41,171 nt of DNA from Bacilli bacterium (GCA_028684435.1 JAQUFX010000002.1:1-41171), one strand, 5' to 3'; numbered from the stretch's first letter, positions 17,606-27,560 are shown. A program made the numbers and translations. Notes: generated from the sequence alone by a model not told the origin.

Positions 17606-19372
17606 GTGACATTCGTGAAAGATATAGTTGATATTAAAAATGCAAACATTGATTATGGTGGTAAAGCTTATGGATTGGCAAAATTAGCAAAAAAAGATAT
17701 TCCTGTTCCTAAAGGTTTTGCAATATCTAATAAAATGATATTTAAATTAATAACTAATGATAAAAAGGCCATTAATAATGTTTCAGTTTTTTTAAATAGC
17801 TTAGAAGATAAATTAGCTGTGCGTTCTTCAGCAGCTAATGAAGATGGCAAAAAGAAATCCTTTGCCGGAATTTATGAAACAATATTAAATGTTGAGAATG
17901 ATTTAAATAGTGTTTTAGATGCTATTAAAGTAGTTGCTGAAAGTGCAAATAGAAAAAGTGTATCTAATTATAATAAAGGAAATAATTTAATGAATATAAT
18001 TGTCCAAAATATGATTTCTCCATATATTTCAGGAGTAGCTTTTACTCAAGCAATAGATTATTTTGGGAAAACAGTATTATTAATCGAATATGTTAAGGGT
18101 ACAGCAGATAAATTAGTCAGTGGCGATGTTACTCCTGAAAGAATAATATTAAAATATTGTGAAAATGGTAATATAATACCTAGCAATAACAAACTTATTA
18201 ATATTCTTATACCTTCTATACAAAAAATTATTAATGAATTTAATATTCCTACAGATATAGAATGGTGCATAGATAAAAATAAAAAACCTTTTTTTGTTCA
18301 AGCTAGACCTATTACTCAAAAAGTTTTAATAAATAGTTTTACCGAAAATGCTAATTTTTGGTTTAAAGAATTTAGAACGCCTCTTTTCTATTCAACAGAT
18401 CCTAATAATAAAATTTATTATACAGATGTAATTTTATTTTTTAAAAATAATATTACTCATGCTTACAATTTAAATAATAAAGAAAAAAAATGTGCTTTAA
18501 GTGGATATAAAAATTTTACCAATCCGGCATGGATAAAAAAATATGAGGAAAAAATTGAAAATATAAAAAAAGAAATATATAAAACCAAAGCGAATTATCA
18601 AAATATAGTTGATTTATCAAATAAAGAATTTGTAGTTAGTTTTTTTAAATTTTTAAATTTACTATGTAAGGTTGGAAATATATATAATAAAACTGAGCCA
18701 TATATGCTTGAAAAAATAGAAAAAAATGAATTAAAATATTATGATTTAATTGAAAAAATAGGTGAATTAAGATGGGAACTAAGAAAAGAAGTTGAGTCAA
18801 CTTATCATTTCCTTTATAGTACTTTATTAAGAGAGTTATCTAAAAGATATAAAGTGAATTTATTTGATCTAAATTATTACACTTTTGAAGAACTTAAAAA
18901 TTTATTTAATAATATTAAAGTTGATGCAGCAATTATAAAAGAAAGAAAAAATGGATATGCGTTGATATGTGACAACAAAGAAAAAATATTATTAACTAAA
19001 GATGATTTTAAAATTTTATTTAAAACTATAACAAAAAATAAAGGTCTATCGGGAACTATTGTTGTACCAGGAAATATTAAAGGGATTGCAAGAGTTATTT
19101 CTCATAATAAAAGAAATCTAATAAAAGAAAATAATGATTTTAAGTTGGGAGAAATATTAATTACCGAAATGACTAGACCAGATACTATTATTGCTTGTAA
19201 AAAAGCTGGGGCTATTTTAACAGATGAGGGGGGATTAACTAGTCATGCAGCAATTATTGCTAGGGAATTGAAAATCCCTTGTATCGTTGGTTTAAAAAAT
19301 GCTACTAATTTAATTAAAACTGGTGATTTTATTGAAATAGAAGATGGAAACATCAAAATAAAAAAGACTTAG
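17606..19372 (+). CDS. PEP-utilizing enzyme family phosphotransferase (PPDK_N ATP-grasp domain + helical middle region + C-terminal swivel His domain), a short rifampin-phosphotransferase-like architecture
   Basis: The N-terminus reads YGGKAYGLAKL...IPVPKGFAIS, AVRSSAANED...SFAG, IVQNMI...SGVAFT, VSGDVTPE and DIEWCI...FFVQARPIT. The C-terminus reads GIARVI...ILITEMTRPD...ILTDEGGLTSHAAIIARELKIPCIVG, which contains the catalytic His. The likely true start is GTG 17615, 7 nt after AAGAGGTG. Confidence 0.85.
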   Translation: MTFVKDIVDIKNANIDYGGKAYGLAKLAKKDIPVPKGFAISNKMIFKLITNDKKAINNVSVFLNSLEDKLAVRSSAANEDGKKKSFAGIYETILNVENDLNSVLDAIKVVAESANRKSVSNYNKGNNLMNIIVQNMISPYISGVAFTQAIDYFGKTVLLIEYVKGTADKLVSGDVTPERIILKYCENGNIIPSNNKLINILIPSIQKIINEFNIPTDIEWCIDKNKKPFFVQARPITQKVLINSFTENANFWFKEFRTPLFYSTDPNNKIYYTDVILFFKNNITHAYNLNNKEKKCALSGYKNFTNPAWIKKYEEKIENIKKEIYKTKANYQNIVDLSNKEFVVSFFKFLNLLCKVGNIYNKTEPYMLEKIEKNELKYYDLIEKIGELRWELRKEVESTYHFLYSTLLRELSKRYKVNLFDLNYYTFEELKNLFNNIKVDAAIIKERKNGYALICDNKEKILLTKDDFKILFKTITKNKGLSGTIVVPGNIKGIARVISHNKRNLIKENNDFKLGEILITEMTRPDTIIACKKAGAILTDEGGLTSHAAIIARELKIPCIVGLKNATNLIKTGDFIEIEDGNIKIKKT

Positions 19373-19418
19373 GTTTAATATTTATAAGATATAATTTTGA
19401 AAGCAGGTTCAAATTTAA

Positions 19419-19444
19419 AGTCGTATAATACGGCTTTTATTTTA
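19419..19444 (+). terminator. Intrinsic terminator after the PEP-utilizing enzyme gene
   Basis: agtcgta / tacggct form a 7-bp stem (one G-U pair) with a 3-nt loop, followed by TTTTATTTTA. Confidence 0.55.
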
Positions 19445-19509
19445 TACTTTTTTACAATTGTTTTTTATTTATTTTTATGATAAAATTTATGAAGAATAGG
19501 AAGATAGTT

Positions 19510-21060
19510 ATGAAAATCTTAAAATATCTTATTTTTACATTAATTATTTTAGTGCCAATAAATGTTAATGCAGCTATTAGTGTAAGTTGTGATGGACCAG
19601 CAAAAATAAATCAAAGAATTTCTTGTGATATTAAAACGGATGTTAAAATTTCATCATTTAAGTCGACTTTAGTAGTAGATTCAGCCGTAACTTATGAAGG
19701 TTCTGTTGCTTCAACGAATTTTGTGCAATTAAGTAGTGGTCGTAATTTGAATTTTCAAACTGCTAATTCTAGTACATATAAAGAAGGTCTGATAGCTTAT
19801 TTAACTATTAATGTACCAAATACAACAAAATCGTCATTTACTTTATCATTTACTAATATTGAATATATTTCATTAAGTGGAAATAAAACGCAATCTAATG
19901 TATCTGAAACAGTTCAAATAATGACTACGACAAGTAAAACTACATCAACCACAAAAATAATTACAACCCAAAGTGCTACTGAAAAAACATTTACTGTAAC
20001 ACTTAATCCGAATAATAATAGTGATAATAATGAAATTATGAAATGTACAACAACTGGGTCTAATTGTAAGATAAATTTATCCAATGTTAATATACCAATT
20101 AAAAATGGGTTTACTTATAATGGTTGGGGAAATGCCACAACTTGTACCGAAGGAAGTAAGACTTCTTATACAGCTTCTGGGGATGCTACTTTATATGCTT
20201 GTTGGTTAAATTCAGGAACCGATGATCCTGATAATGGTGAAACATTATATTTGCAATCTTTATCTGTTGAAGGCCAAGAACTAGACTTTAGTAAATTTAA
20301 AAAAGAATATGATTTAGTTGTTTTATATGAAGTAGAAAATCTAATTATTATTGCTGCTCCTGCTAAAGAAGGAGTAAATGTTGATTTACAAGAAACATAT
20401 CCTTTACAAGTAGGGGAAAATACAATATTAATAAAATTATCTGATGAAAATCAAAATACTACAACTTATACTATTAATGCCAAAAGATTAAAAGAAGGAG
20501 AAGAGATAAGAATTCCTTCAACTGATGCAACTTTAAAAAAAATTATTATAAAAGGATATGATATAGATTTTAAACCTAATGTATTTGACTATACTTTAAA
20601 AGTACCTTCAGGAACAAAATCTTTAGATGTTAAAGCAATAGTAAATAATGAATATGCTGATTATAAAGTATCTGGAAATGACAATATTTATGATGGTAGT
20701 ATAATTTCTATTAAAGTTAAACCTGAAATTGGTGATGTTATAAATTCATATGATATTAAAATTGAAGTAGTAAAAGGAATTAAAGATTATTTATTATATA
20801 TAGTAGTTGGTAGTGTAATTTTAATTGGTATTATTGCTTTAGTAATTATTAATCAATCGAAAAATCAAAAAAAGAAAAATACAAAACAAAATATTGCTGC
20901 AATTGCACCAGCTAAGAAAGTACCAACCAAAATGAATAAAGTTCAAACTCCGGTAGTAAAACCGATTCCGGTTCCAAAACCAGTACCTCCCCAACCGGCT
21001 GTGGCATCACAAGTAAAGCCTTCAGAACCAAAAGATACAGTTGAAGTACTAGATTTATAA
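19510..21060 (+). CDS. Secreted multi-domain surface protein with a C-terminal TM anchor and a Pro/Lys-rich tail
   Basis: It has a signal peptide (MKILKYLIFTLIILVPINVNA) and an N-terminal beta-sandwich (cohesin-like). A T-rich linker follows. One Listeria-Bacteroides (Flg_new) repeat comes next (FTVTLNPN...GFTYNGW...ATLYACW). Two cadherin-like beta-sandwich modules follow (LQSLSVEGQELDF...; LKKIIIKGYDIDFKPNVFDYTL...). It ends with a TM helix and the tail PVVKPIPVPKPVPPQP. I prefer ATG 19510 (RBS AGGAAG) over the track start 19477. Confidence 0.75.
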   Translation: MKILKYLIFTLIILVPINVNAAISVSCDGPAKINQRISCDIKTDVKISSFKSTLVVDSAVTYEGSVASTNFVQLSSGRNLNFQTANSSTYKEGLIAYLTINVPNTTKSSFTLSFTNIEYISLSGNKTQSNVSETVQIMTTTSKTTSTTKIITTQSATEKTFTVTLNPNNNSDNNEIMKCTTTGSNCKINLSNVNIPIKNGFTYNGWGNATTCTEGSKTSYTASGDATLYACWLNSGTDDPDNGETLYLQSLSVEGQELDFSKFKKEYDLVVLYEVENLIIIAAPAKEGVNVDLQETYPLQVGENTILIKLSDENQNTTTYTINAKRLKEGEEIRIPSTDATLKKIIIKGYDIDFKPNVFDYTLKVPSGTKSLDVKAIVNNEYADYKVSGNDNIYDGSIISIKVKPEIGDVINSYDIKIEVVKGIKDYLLYIVVGSVILIGIIALVIINQSKNQKKKNTKQNIAAIAPAKKVPTKMNKVQTPVVKPIPVPKPVPPQPAVASQVKPSEPKDTVEVLDL

Positions 21061-21087
21061 AAGCATTAATGATTTTAATGCTTTTTT
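21060..21087 (+). terminator. Intrinsic terminator after the surface protein gene
   Basis: aaagcattaa / ttaatgcttt form a 10-bp stem with a 5-nt loop and a T-run. A TATAAT box follows at 21092-21097. Confidence 0.7.
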
Positions 21088-21111
21088 ATTGTATAATAAA
21101 AGAGTGATAGT

Positions 21112-22002
21112 ATGAAAGATATAATACATGAATTTTTAAATTATATTGCTTTAGAGCGTAAATATTCTGATAATACGGAAATTAATTATGAAATTGATTT
21201 ATTTAAGTATGATGATTATTTAAATAAAGAAAAGAAAAATTATTTAATTATAAATTATCAAGATATAAGTAAATATATTGTTTATTTAAGAAAAGCAAAT
21301 TATTTACCATCTAGTATAAACCGGCATTTAAGTACGTTAAGAAGTTTTTATAAGTTTTTAGAAAGAAAAGAAATAATAAATAATACTCCTTTTAATTATA
21401 TAAAAAATATTAAACAAGAAAAAAAATTACCCAATTATTTTAAGTATGATGAGTTTATTACGATGTTAGATACTCTTAATGATAATAATCCTTTAAATGT
21501 AAGAAATAGATTTATTTTAGAATTATTATTTGCAACGGGAATAAGAGTGAGTGAATTAGTCAATATAAAAATTAATAATATTGATATGAATTTAAGACAA
21601 ATTAAAGTAAATGGAAAAGGTAATAAGGAAAGAATTGTCTATTTCGGTTCTTATTGTGAAGGTGCTTTAAAAAATTATTTAAATAATTCCAGAGATATTT
21701 TATTAAAAAACAAAATATCATCTTATTTATTCATTAATAATCTTGGGGGGAATCTTACTGATAGAGGGATTAGATTAATAATTGATAATATTATTAAGTC
21801 ATCTGCTTTAAAAACAAAAATAACACCTCATACTTTTAGACATTCTTTTGCAACTATCATGCTTAATGAAGGATGCAATATAAGAAGTGTACAAGAGCTT
21901 CTTGGACATGTTAGTTTAAATACAACTAGTATATATACTCATTTAACTAATGAAGAGTTACGAAGAGTATATTTAAAAGCTCACCCTCGAGCAAAAAAAT
22001 AA
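21112..22002 (+). CDS. Tyrosine site-specific recombinase, XerC/XerD type
   Basis: The N-terminal SAM-like domain reads FLNYIALERKYSDNTEINYEIDL. The catalytic region reads ATGIRVSEL...HTFRHSFATIMLNEG...LLGHVSLNTTSIYTHL...AHPRA, covering the R-H-R-H/Y residues. Confidence 0.85.
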   Translation: MKDIIHEFLNYIALERKYSDNTEINYEIDLFKYDDYLNKEKKNYLIINYQDISKYIVYLRKANYLPSSINRHLSTLRSFYKFLERKEIINNTPFNYIKNIKQEKKLPNYFKYDEFITMLDTLNDNNPLNVRNRFILELLFATGIRVSELVNIKINNIDMNLRQIKVNGKGNKERIVYFGSYCEGALKNYLNNSRDILLKNKISSYLFINNLGGNLTDRGIRLIIDNIIKSSALKTKITPHTFRHSFATIMLNEGCNIRSVQELLGHVSLNTTSIYTHLTNEELRRVYLKAHPRAKK

Positions 22003-22052
22003 TATTTATAATATAATATTTATGGTAAAATAGTATAAGGGATGATATAAAA

Positions 22053-22724
22053 ATGAACCAAGAATTAAATAAACGGTTAAAAATTATATTAAGTGTTATA
22101 TTTATAATAATATTATTAATATTGATTTTATATTTTTTTAATCAATTTTTAAAATTAAACATTTATGAAGAAGTAGAAAGAACTACGACAACCATAAAAA
22201 CAACCAAAAAAGTAGATTATGATTTTATAGAATTAACTAATGATAAGAAAATATTTTTTAATAATTATTTAAATAACATTTTTATTTCAAAAGCTTTTAA
22301 TAATGCGATTGAAAAAAATTATAAAGTTTATAATATTAATTTAATCCAATCAGAAATAAGTAAGTTTAAATTTATTTATACTTATCTTAAACTTAAAAAT
22401 GCTGAAGAAAATATTACTTTTGAGAAAATAAATGAATATAGTAATAAATTTTTTAAAACTAATTTATATCAAGAAAATTTAAATATTTTTTTACAAGAAC
22501 AATCTTATTACTATGAATTTAATAATGAGGAACTTGATTTTTGTTTAAAAGTCAATTCAGAAAAAGATAATATTCTTTTTATAGATATGGTTAAAAAAGA
22601 AACTGGTATTTGTAATAATGATGCTCTTTATTATGATAAAAATTTAATAGTTAATCAAATTAAATTAGAGTATTTATTAATAGATGAAGAAATGATATAT
22701 TATTCATTTATGATAGTTAAATAG
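22053..22724 (+). CDS. Hypothetical membrane-anchored protein (223 aa)
   Basis: One N-terminal TM helix. RBS GGGATGA lies upstream. I recognise no motif. Confidence 0.5.
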   Translation: MNQELNKRLKIILSVIFIIILLILILYFFNQFLKLNIYEEVERTTTTIKTTKKVDYDFIELTNDKKIFFNNYLNNIFISKAFNNAIEKNYKVYNINLIQSEISKFKFIYTYLKLKNAEENITFEKINEYSNKFFKTNLYQENLNIFLQEQSYYYEFNNEELDFCLKVNSEKDNILFIDMVKKETGICNNDALYYDKNLIVNQIKLEYLLIDEEMIYYSFMIVK

Positions 22725-22735
22725 AAAGGAAAAAT

Positions 22736-25360
22736 ATGGCTAAATACGTATATTTATTTAATGAAGGAAATAAAGAAATGAAAAATCTACTTGGAGGGAA
22801 AGGATCTAATTTAGCAGAAATGACAAAAATAGGTCTTCCAGTTCCCCAGGGATTTACTGTATCTACATTTGCTTGCACTAATTATTATGATAATAATGAA
22901 TCTATTAGTGATGATATTATAAATCAAATTTTTCAATCAATGCAAAGATTAGAAAAAATAACTAATAAAAAATTCGGAGATCCAAACAAACCGTTATTAG
23001 TATCAGTACGTAGTGGAGCAAGAGCAAGTATGCCAGGCATGATGGATACAGTTTTAAATTTAGGAATTAATGATGAAGTATGTGAAGGATTAGCTAAGTT
23101 AACTAATAATCCGAGATTTGCTTATGATACCTATCGAAGATTTATTCAAATGTTTGCTGATGTTGTAATGGGTTATCCGAAAGCTTCTTTTGAAAGATTT
23201 TTTGATCATATTAAATCAGAAAAAAAGGTTAAAGATGATAGTGAATTAACTGCAGATGATATGAAAGATGTAGTAAAAGCATTTAAAGAAAATTATCTTA
23301 AAATAGCTGGAAAAAGTTTTCCTCTTGATCCTAAAGAACAATTAATTGATGCTATAAAAGCAGTTTTTAAAAGTTGGAATAACGAAAGAGCAAATGTATA
23401 TCGAAGAATTAATAATATTCCTTATTTATGGGGAACAGCTGTAAATGTTCAAGAAATGGTTTATGGTAACATGGGATTAGAATCTGGTAGTGGGGTAGCC
23501 TTTACAAGAAATCCATCAACGGGAGAGGATGAAATTTATGGTGAATATATAATAAATTCTCAAGGTGAAGATGTTGTAGCAGGAATTAGAACACCTCAGC
23601 CGATAAGTAAATTAAAAAAACAAATGCCCGAAGTATTTGAAGAGTTTATAAAAATTGCTAAGACATTAGAAAATCATTATCATGATATGCAAGATATGGA
23701 ATTTACGATTGAAAATAGAAAATTATATATGCTTCAAACTAGGAATGGTAAAAGAACTGCAAGAGCTGCTATTAAAATTGCCGTTGATTTATTTAATGAA
23801 GGTAAAATAACTAAAGAAGAAGCTATTATGCAAGTCAATCCTAATCAACTAGATGCCCTTTTACACCCGGCTTTTAGTAATGATTCCTTGCAAAATAATA
23901 AAGAAATTACTACTGGTTTAGCAGCATCACCTGGAGCGGCAACTGGAAAAATATATTTTACTGCTGAAGATATTTTAAATGCTCACCAAAGAGGAGAAAA
24001 AGATTTAATTTTAGCAAGACTAGAAACTAGCCCTGAAGATATAGAGGGAATGAATATAGCAAATGGAATAATCACCATTAGAGGAGGAATGACATCTCAT
24101 GCTGCTGTAGTAGCAAGAGGGATGGGAAAATGTGCAATATGTGGAAGTGAAGAATTAATTTTAAATGAAAATAATAAAACCATAACTACTAAAGATAATC
24201 AATTAATTAAAGAAGGAGATTATTTAAGTTTAGATGGAAGTACGGGAAAAGTATATTTAGGTTTATTAGAAACTACTACAGCATTATTAAGTAATGATTT
24301 TAAGACTTTTATGTCATGGGTAGATGAAATAAGAGATTTAGAAATAAGAGTAAATGCGGATTTACCAAGAGACGCTAAAGTAGCTAAAGAATTTGGTGCT
24401 GAAGGAATAGGATTATGTCGAACAGAACATATGTTTTTTGAAGAATCAAGAATATTTTCATTTCGGAAAATGATATTATCAAATAATACCGAAGATAGGA
24501 AAAAAGCATTAAAAGAAATTCTATCTTATCAAATAAAAGATTTTGAAGGATTATTTAGATGCATGAGCACTTATCCAGTAATAATTAGATATTTAGATCC
24601 GCCTTTACATGAATTTCTGCCAAAAGAAGAAACTGAAATAAATTTACTGGCTAAAGAATTAAAAATAAATATTAATGATTTAAAAGCAAGAATTACTGAA
24701 TTAACTGAATTAAATCCCATGATGGGACATCGAGGTTGTAGAATAGCAATAACATATCCTGAAATCACTATCATGCAAACAAAAGCTATCATAACAGCAG
24801 CTCTTAATATAACCAAAGAAGGTAAAGAAGTTCATCCTGAATTAATGATACCTTTAATTGGAGATAAAAATGAATTAAAATATTTAACTGATATTATAAA
24901 AAAAGAAGCTGATGAATTAATTAAAAATGCAAATATTAATTTAAAATATTTAATTGGAACAATGATAGAAATTCCTAGGGCAGCTTTATTAGCTGATGAA
25001 ATAGCTGAATATGCTGATTTTTTCTCATTTGGAACTAATGATTTAACGCAAATGACTTATGGTTTTTCAAGAGATGATGCTGGAAAATTTTTAACTGAGT
25101 ATTATAAAAAACAAATATTTGAATTTGATCCTTTTGAAATAATAGATAAAAATGGAGTAGGAAAATTAATTGAAATAGCTACTAACAAAGGAAGAAAAAT
25201 TAATCCTAATCTAGAAATAGGAATATGTGGTGAACATGGTGGTGAACCAAGTAGTATTGAATTTTGTTATCAAATAGGTATGAATTATGTATCTTGCTCA
25301 CCATATAGAGTTCCAGTAGCTAAACTCGCATCAGCGCAAGCTAAAATAAAGAAACAATAA
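22736..25360 (+). CDS. ppdK: Pyruvate, phosphate dikinase
   Basis: 874 aa, full three-domain PPDK. It has GGKGSNLAEM, VRSGARASMPGMMDTVLNLG, GGMTSHAAVVARGMG (the phospho-His), GLCRTEHMF and GICGEHGG. Confidence 0.96.
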   Translation: MAKYVYLFNEGNKEMKNLLGGKGSNLAEMTKIGLPVPQGFTVSTFACTNYYDNNESISDDIINQIFQSMQRLEKITNKKFGDPNKPLLVSVRSGARASMPGMMDTVLNLGINDEVCEGLAKLTNNPRFAYDTYRRFIQMFADVVMGYPKASFERFFDHIKSEKKVKDDSELTADDMKDVVKAFKENYLKIAGKSFPLDPKEQLIDAIKAVFKSWNNERANVYRRINNIPYLWGTAVNVQEMVYGNMGLESGSGVAFTRNPSTGEDEIYGEYIINSQGEDVVAGIRTPQPISKLKKQMPEVFEEFIKIAKTLENHYHDMQDMEFTIENRKLYMLQTRNGKRTARAAIKIAVDLFNEGKITKEEAIMQVNPNQLDALLHPAFSNDSLQNNKEITTGLAASPGAATGKIYFTAEDILNAHQRGEKDLILARLETSPEDIEGMNIANGIITIRGGMTSHAAVVARGMGKCAICGSEELILNENNKTITTKDNQLIKEGDYLSLDGSTGKVYLGLLETTTALLSNDFKTFMSWVDEIRDLEIRVNADLPRDAKVAKEFGAEGIGLCRTEHMFFEESRIFSFRKMILSNNTEDRKKALKEILSYQIKDFEGLFRCMSTYPVIIRYLDPPLHEFLPKEETEINLLAKELKININDLKARITELTELNPMMGHRGCRIAITYPEITIMQTKAIITAALNITKEGKEVHPELMIPLIGDKNELKYLTDIIKKEADELIKNANINLKYLIGTMIEIPRAALLADEIAEYADFFSFGTNDLTQMTYGFSRDDAGKFLTEYYKKQIFEFDPFEIIDKNGVGKLIEIATNKGRKINPNLEIGICGEHGGEPSSIEFCYQIGMNYVSCSPYRVPVAKLASAQAKIKKQ

Positions 25361-25415
25361 GATTGACGATGGGCTTTATTTTATTATATAATAATTTATA
25401 GAGAGGATTGTATAT

Positions 25416-26540
25416 ATGTTAAATTCTAAAAAGCAAATTAAAAATATTTTATTAATAATAGTTTTTGCGATAGCTCTTTTAGTAACGCTTCAAAACTTTA
25501 ATGTAGTTATAGATAATATTTTATATATTATAAAATTATTTTTGCCATTTATTTTAGGGCTTTGTCTTGCTTTTATTTTAAATGTTTTTATGAAAAAAAT
25601 TGAACAAAAATGGTTTGCAAGATTAAAAAACAATACAAAATGGTCAAAAATAAAAAGACCAGTATCACTTATATTAACCTTATTTATAGTTTTCGGACTT
25701 GTTGTTCTATTATTATTTTTAGTTATTCCGGAATTAAAAAATACCATTGAAATATTTATAAATAATATTCCTATTTATGAAGCAAAATCTCTTGAAATAG
25801 CTAATAAATTAAATCTATCTCCAAATACTATTGAAGAAATTAAAACAAGTTGGATGAATGTATGGTCTCATGTTACTGGATATTTTACTAATAATTCTAA
25901 AGATATCATTGAAGTGACTTTAGGTTTAACAACTTCTATTTTTACTAGTATAACTAATGCTATATTAAGTATTGTCTTTGCCATTTATATGTTAGCTAAT
26001 AAAGAAAATTTAATTAGACAAACTAAAAAATTGTTAACTGCGTTTGTACCAAAAAATAAAATAAAAAAAGTATTAGAAGTAGGTTCTATTTCTAACCGGG
26101 TATTTTCTAATTTCATTACCGGACAAGTTATTGAAGCATTAATAATAGGGGTTTTATGTTTTATAGGAATGATTATTATTGGCTTACCATATGCTTTAAC
26201 TATTTCAGTATTAGTAGGTTTTACCGCTTTAATTCCAGTATTTGGAGCTTTTATTGGAACAGCTATAGGAGCAGTATTGATATTTGTTATTAGTCCAATC
26301 GATGCTCTTATATTTATTATTTTTATAATAGTATTGCAACAATTTGAAGGCAATTTAATTTATCCAAAAGTAGTAGGTACTTCAGTAGGATTACCAGCGA
26401 TATGGGTTTTACTTGCTATTATTATTGGGGGAGCTATTTATGGTGTTGTTGGAATGTTAGTAAGTGTTCCATTATGTTCCATTATTTATATATTATTATC
26501 AAAATCAGTTAATGAAAGATTAATTAAGAAAAATATCTAA
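25416..26540 (+). CDS. AI-2E family transporter (PerM/YtvI-like permease)
   Basis: 374 aa and about 8 TM helices. The conserved C-terminal block reads FALIPVFGAFIG...QQFEGNLIYPKVVG. Confidence 0.8.
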   Translation: MLNSKKQIKNILLIIVFAIALLVTLQNFNVVIDNILYIIKLFLPFILGLCLAFILNVFMKKIEQKWFARLKNNTKWSKIKRPVSLILTLFIVFGLVVLLLFLVIPELKNTIEIFINNIPIYEAKSLEIANKLNLSPNTIEEIKTSWMNVWSHVTGYFTNNSKDIIEVTLGLTTSIFTSITNAILSIVFAIYMLANKENLIRQTKKLLTAFVPKNKIKKVLEVGSISNRVFSNFITGQVIEALIIGVLCFIGMIIIGLPYALTISVLVGFTALIPVFGAFIGTAIGAVLIFVISPIDALIFIIFIIVLQQFEGNLIYPKVVGTSVGLPAIWVLLAIIIGGAIYGVVGMLVSVPLCSIIYILLSKSVNERLIKKNI

Positions 26541-26567
26541 AAATCTCTATAATTTATAGAGATTTTT
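26540..26567. terminator. Bidirectional terminator between the AI-2E gene and gerM
   Basis: aaaatctctata / tatagagatttt form a perfect palindrome stem with a 3-nt loop, flanked by A- and T-runs. Confidence 0.6.
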
Positions 26568-27496
26568 TATAAAAAATACGTTTTAATAGTCAAATTATTT
26601 GTCATATACATTACGGTTTTGATGTTATAGTTTTCTTTAATTGATAAATTAATTGAATAAATTACACTTTCTATTAAATTACTGTTATTTAAATCATTAT
26701 ATAAGTCATCACTTAATTTAATTAATAAATATTCATCAGTTATTTCATAACTAATTTGTTTAGCATCATTTAAATAACTTATTAGATTTGTTTGATACAT
26801 TGCTTTACTTGTTAATTCATTTATTATAATTTCTATTTTATCTTTGTTTTGATTATTAATCATCGTTACTGGTACGTAATAATAATAATCTTTATATTTA
26901 TTTAAATAATAGATAGTTGTACTTACTGTACCTTTAAAATTAGTTACATCATAATATTTATTAATACCGTATCCTCTATCTAGAGTAGGTGGAAGTTTAT
27001 TTTTTGAATGAGGTAATTCATTTAATATAACATCTTCTACATAAATACTTACTTTATTAATATTTGGTAATCCAGTTAAAGAATAAACTATAGCACTTAT
27101 CATTTTATCTTCATTTTCTTTACTAATATTATAAAACTCTTCACTAAAATTTAGCTTTACTAAATCATTATCTATATCTACGGATAGTAATTTAGTTCCT
27201 TTTGGTATAATGGGAGTAAATCCTTCTTTTATATAAGAAGAAATTTTACTATTTATGGTTAAATAAGCTATAATTTCTCTTATTTTTTCAGTTGTTTCTT
27301 TTTTGTTAATGGCAACATTTACTCTTGATACATAATCATTATTATCAATTAAATAAATAGATACTTGGGGAATTTGATTATCTTTTTCATTTTTAATTTT
27401 ATGATTATCTTTTTTAGGAAATAAATATAAAATAAATAAAATAAATAAACAAGATAAAATTAAAAATATTTTTTTTGATAGATTTTTTTTAAGCAT
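26567..27496 (-). CDS. gerM: GerM-like sporulation/germination protein (two GerMN-type domains)
   Basis: N-terminal signal/anchor with a possible lipobox (LILSC). The GerMN-like pattern reads VSIYLID..YVSRV...IIPKGTKLLSVDIDNDLVKLNFSEEF...IVYSLTGLPNINKVSIYVE. Confidence 0.6.
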   Translation of the reverse strand: MLKKNLSKKIFLILSCLFILFILYLFPKKDNHKIKNEKDNQIPQVSIYLIDNNDYVSRVNVAINKKETTEKIREIIAYLTINSKISSYIKEGFTPIIPKGTKLLSVDIDNDLVKLNFSEEFYNISKENEDKMISAIVYSLTGLPNINKVSIYVEDVILNELPHSKNKLPPTLDRGYGINKYYDVTNFKGTVSTTIYYLNKYKDYYYYVPVTMINNQNKDKIEIIINELTSKAMYQTNLISYLNDAKQISYEITDEYLLIKLSDDLYNDLNNSNLIESVIYSINLSIKENYNIKTVMYMTNNLTIKTYFL

Positions 27497-27560
27497 TATT
27501 CAAACACCTCTATTCAAATTATATGATTCAATAATTAAAAAAAGTCGCTTAAAGCAACTT

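Noticed and set aside
16764-22002. A genomic island integrated at tRNA-Met with the 21112-22002 recombinase as its integrase.
   Set aside because: The recombinase has XerC/D-type N- and C-terminal signatures (ERxxSxNT..., AHPRA end) and lies 4.3 kb from the tRNA, not next to it. I could not find a repeat of the tRNA 3' end anywhere downstream. Terminators separate each gene into independent units. Comparative genomics would still be needed to rule it out fully.
17606-25360. The two PEP-utilizing enzymes (17606-19372 and ppdK 22736-25360) as a recent tandem-like duplication.
   Set aside because: Apart from the family motifs, the sequences are highly divergent. The short protein lacks the whole TIM-barrel domain, and its domain order differs (His domain C-terminal). 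They are distant paralogs with different functions.
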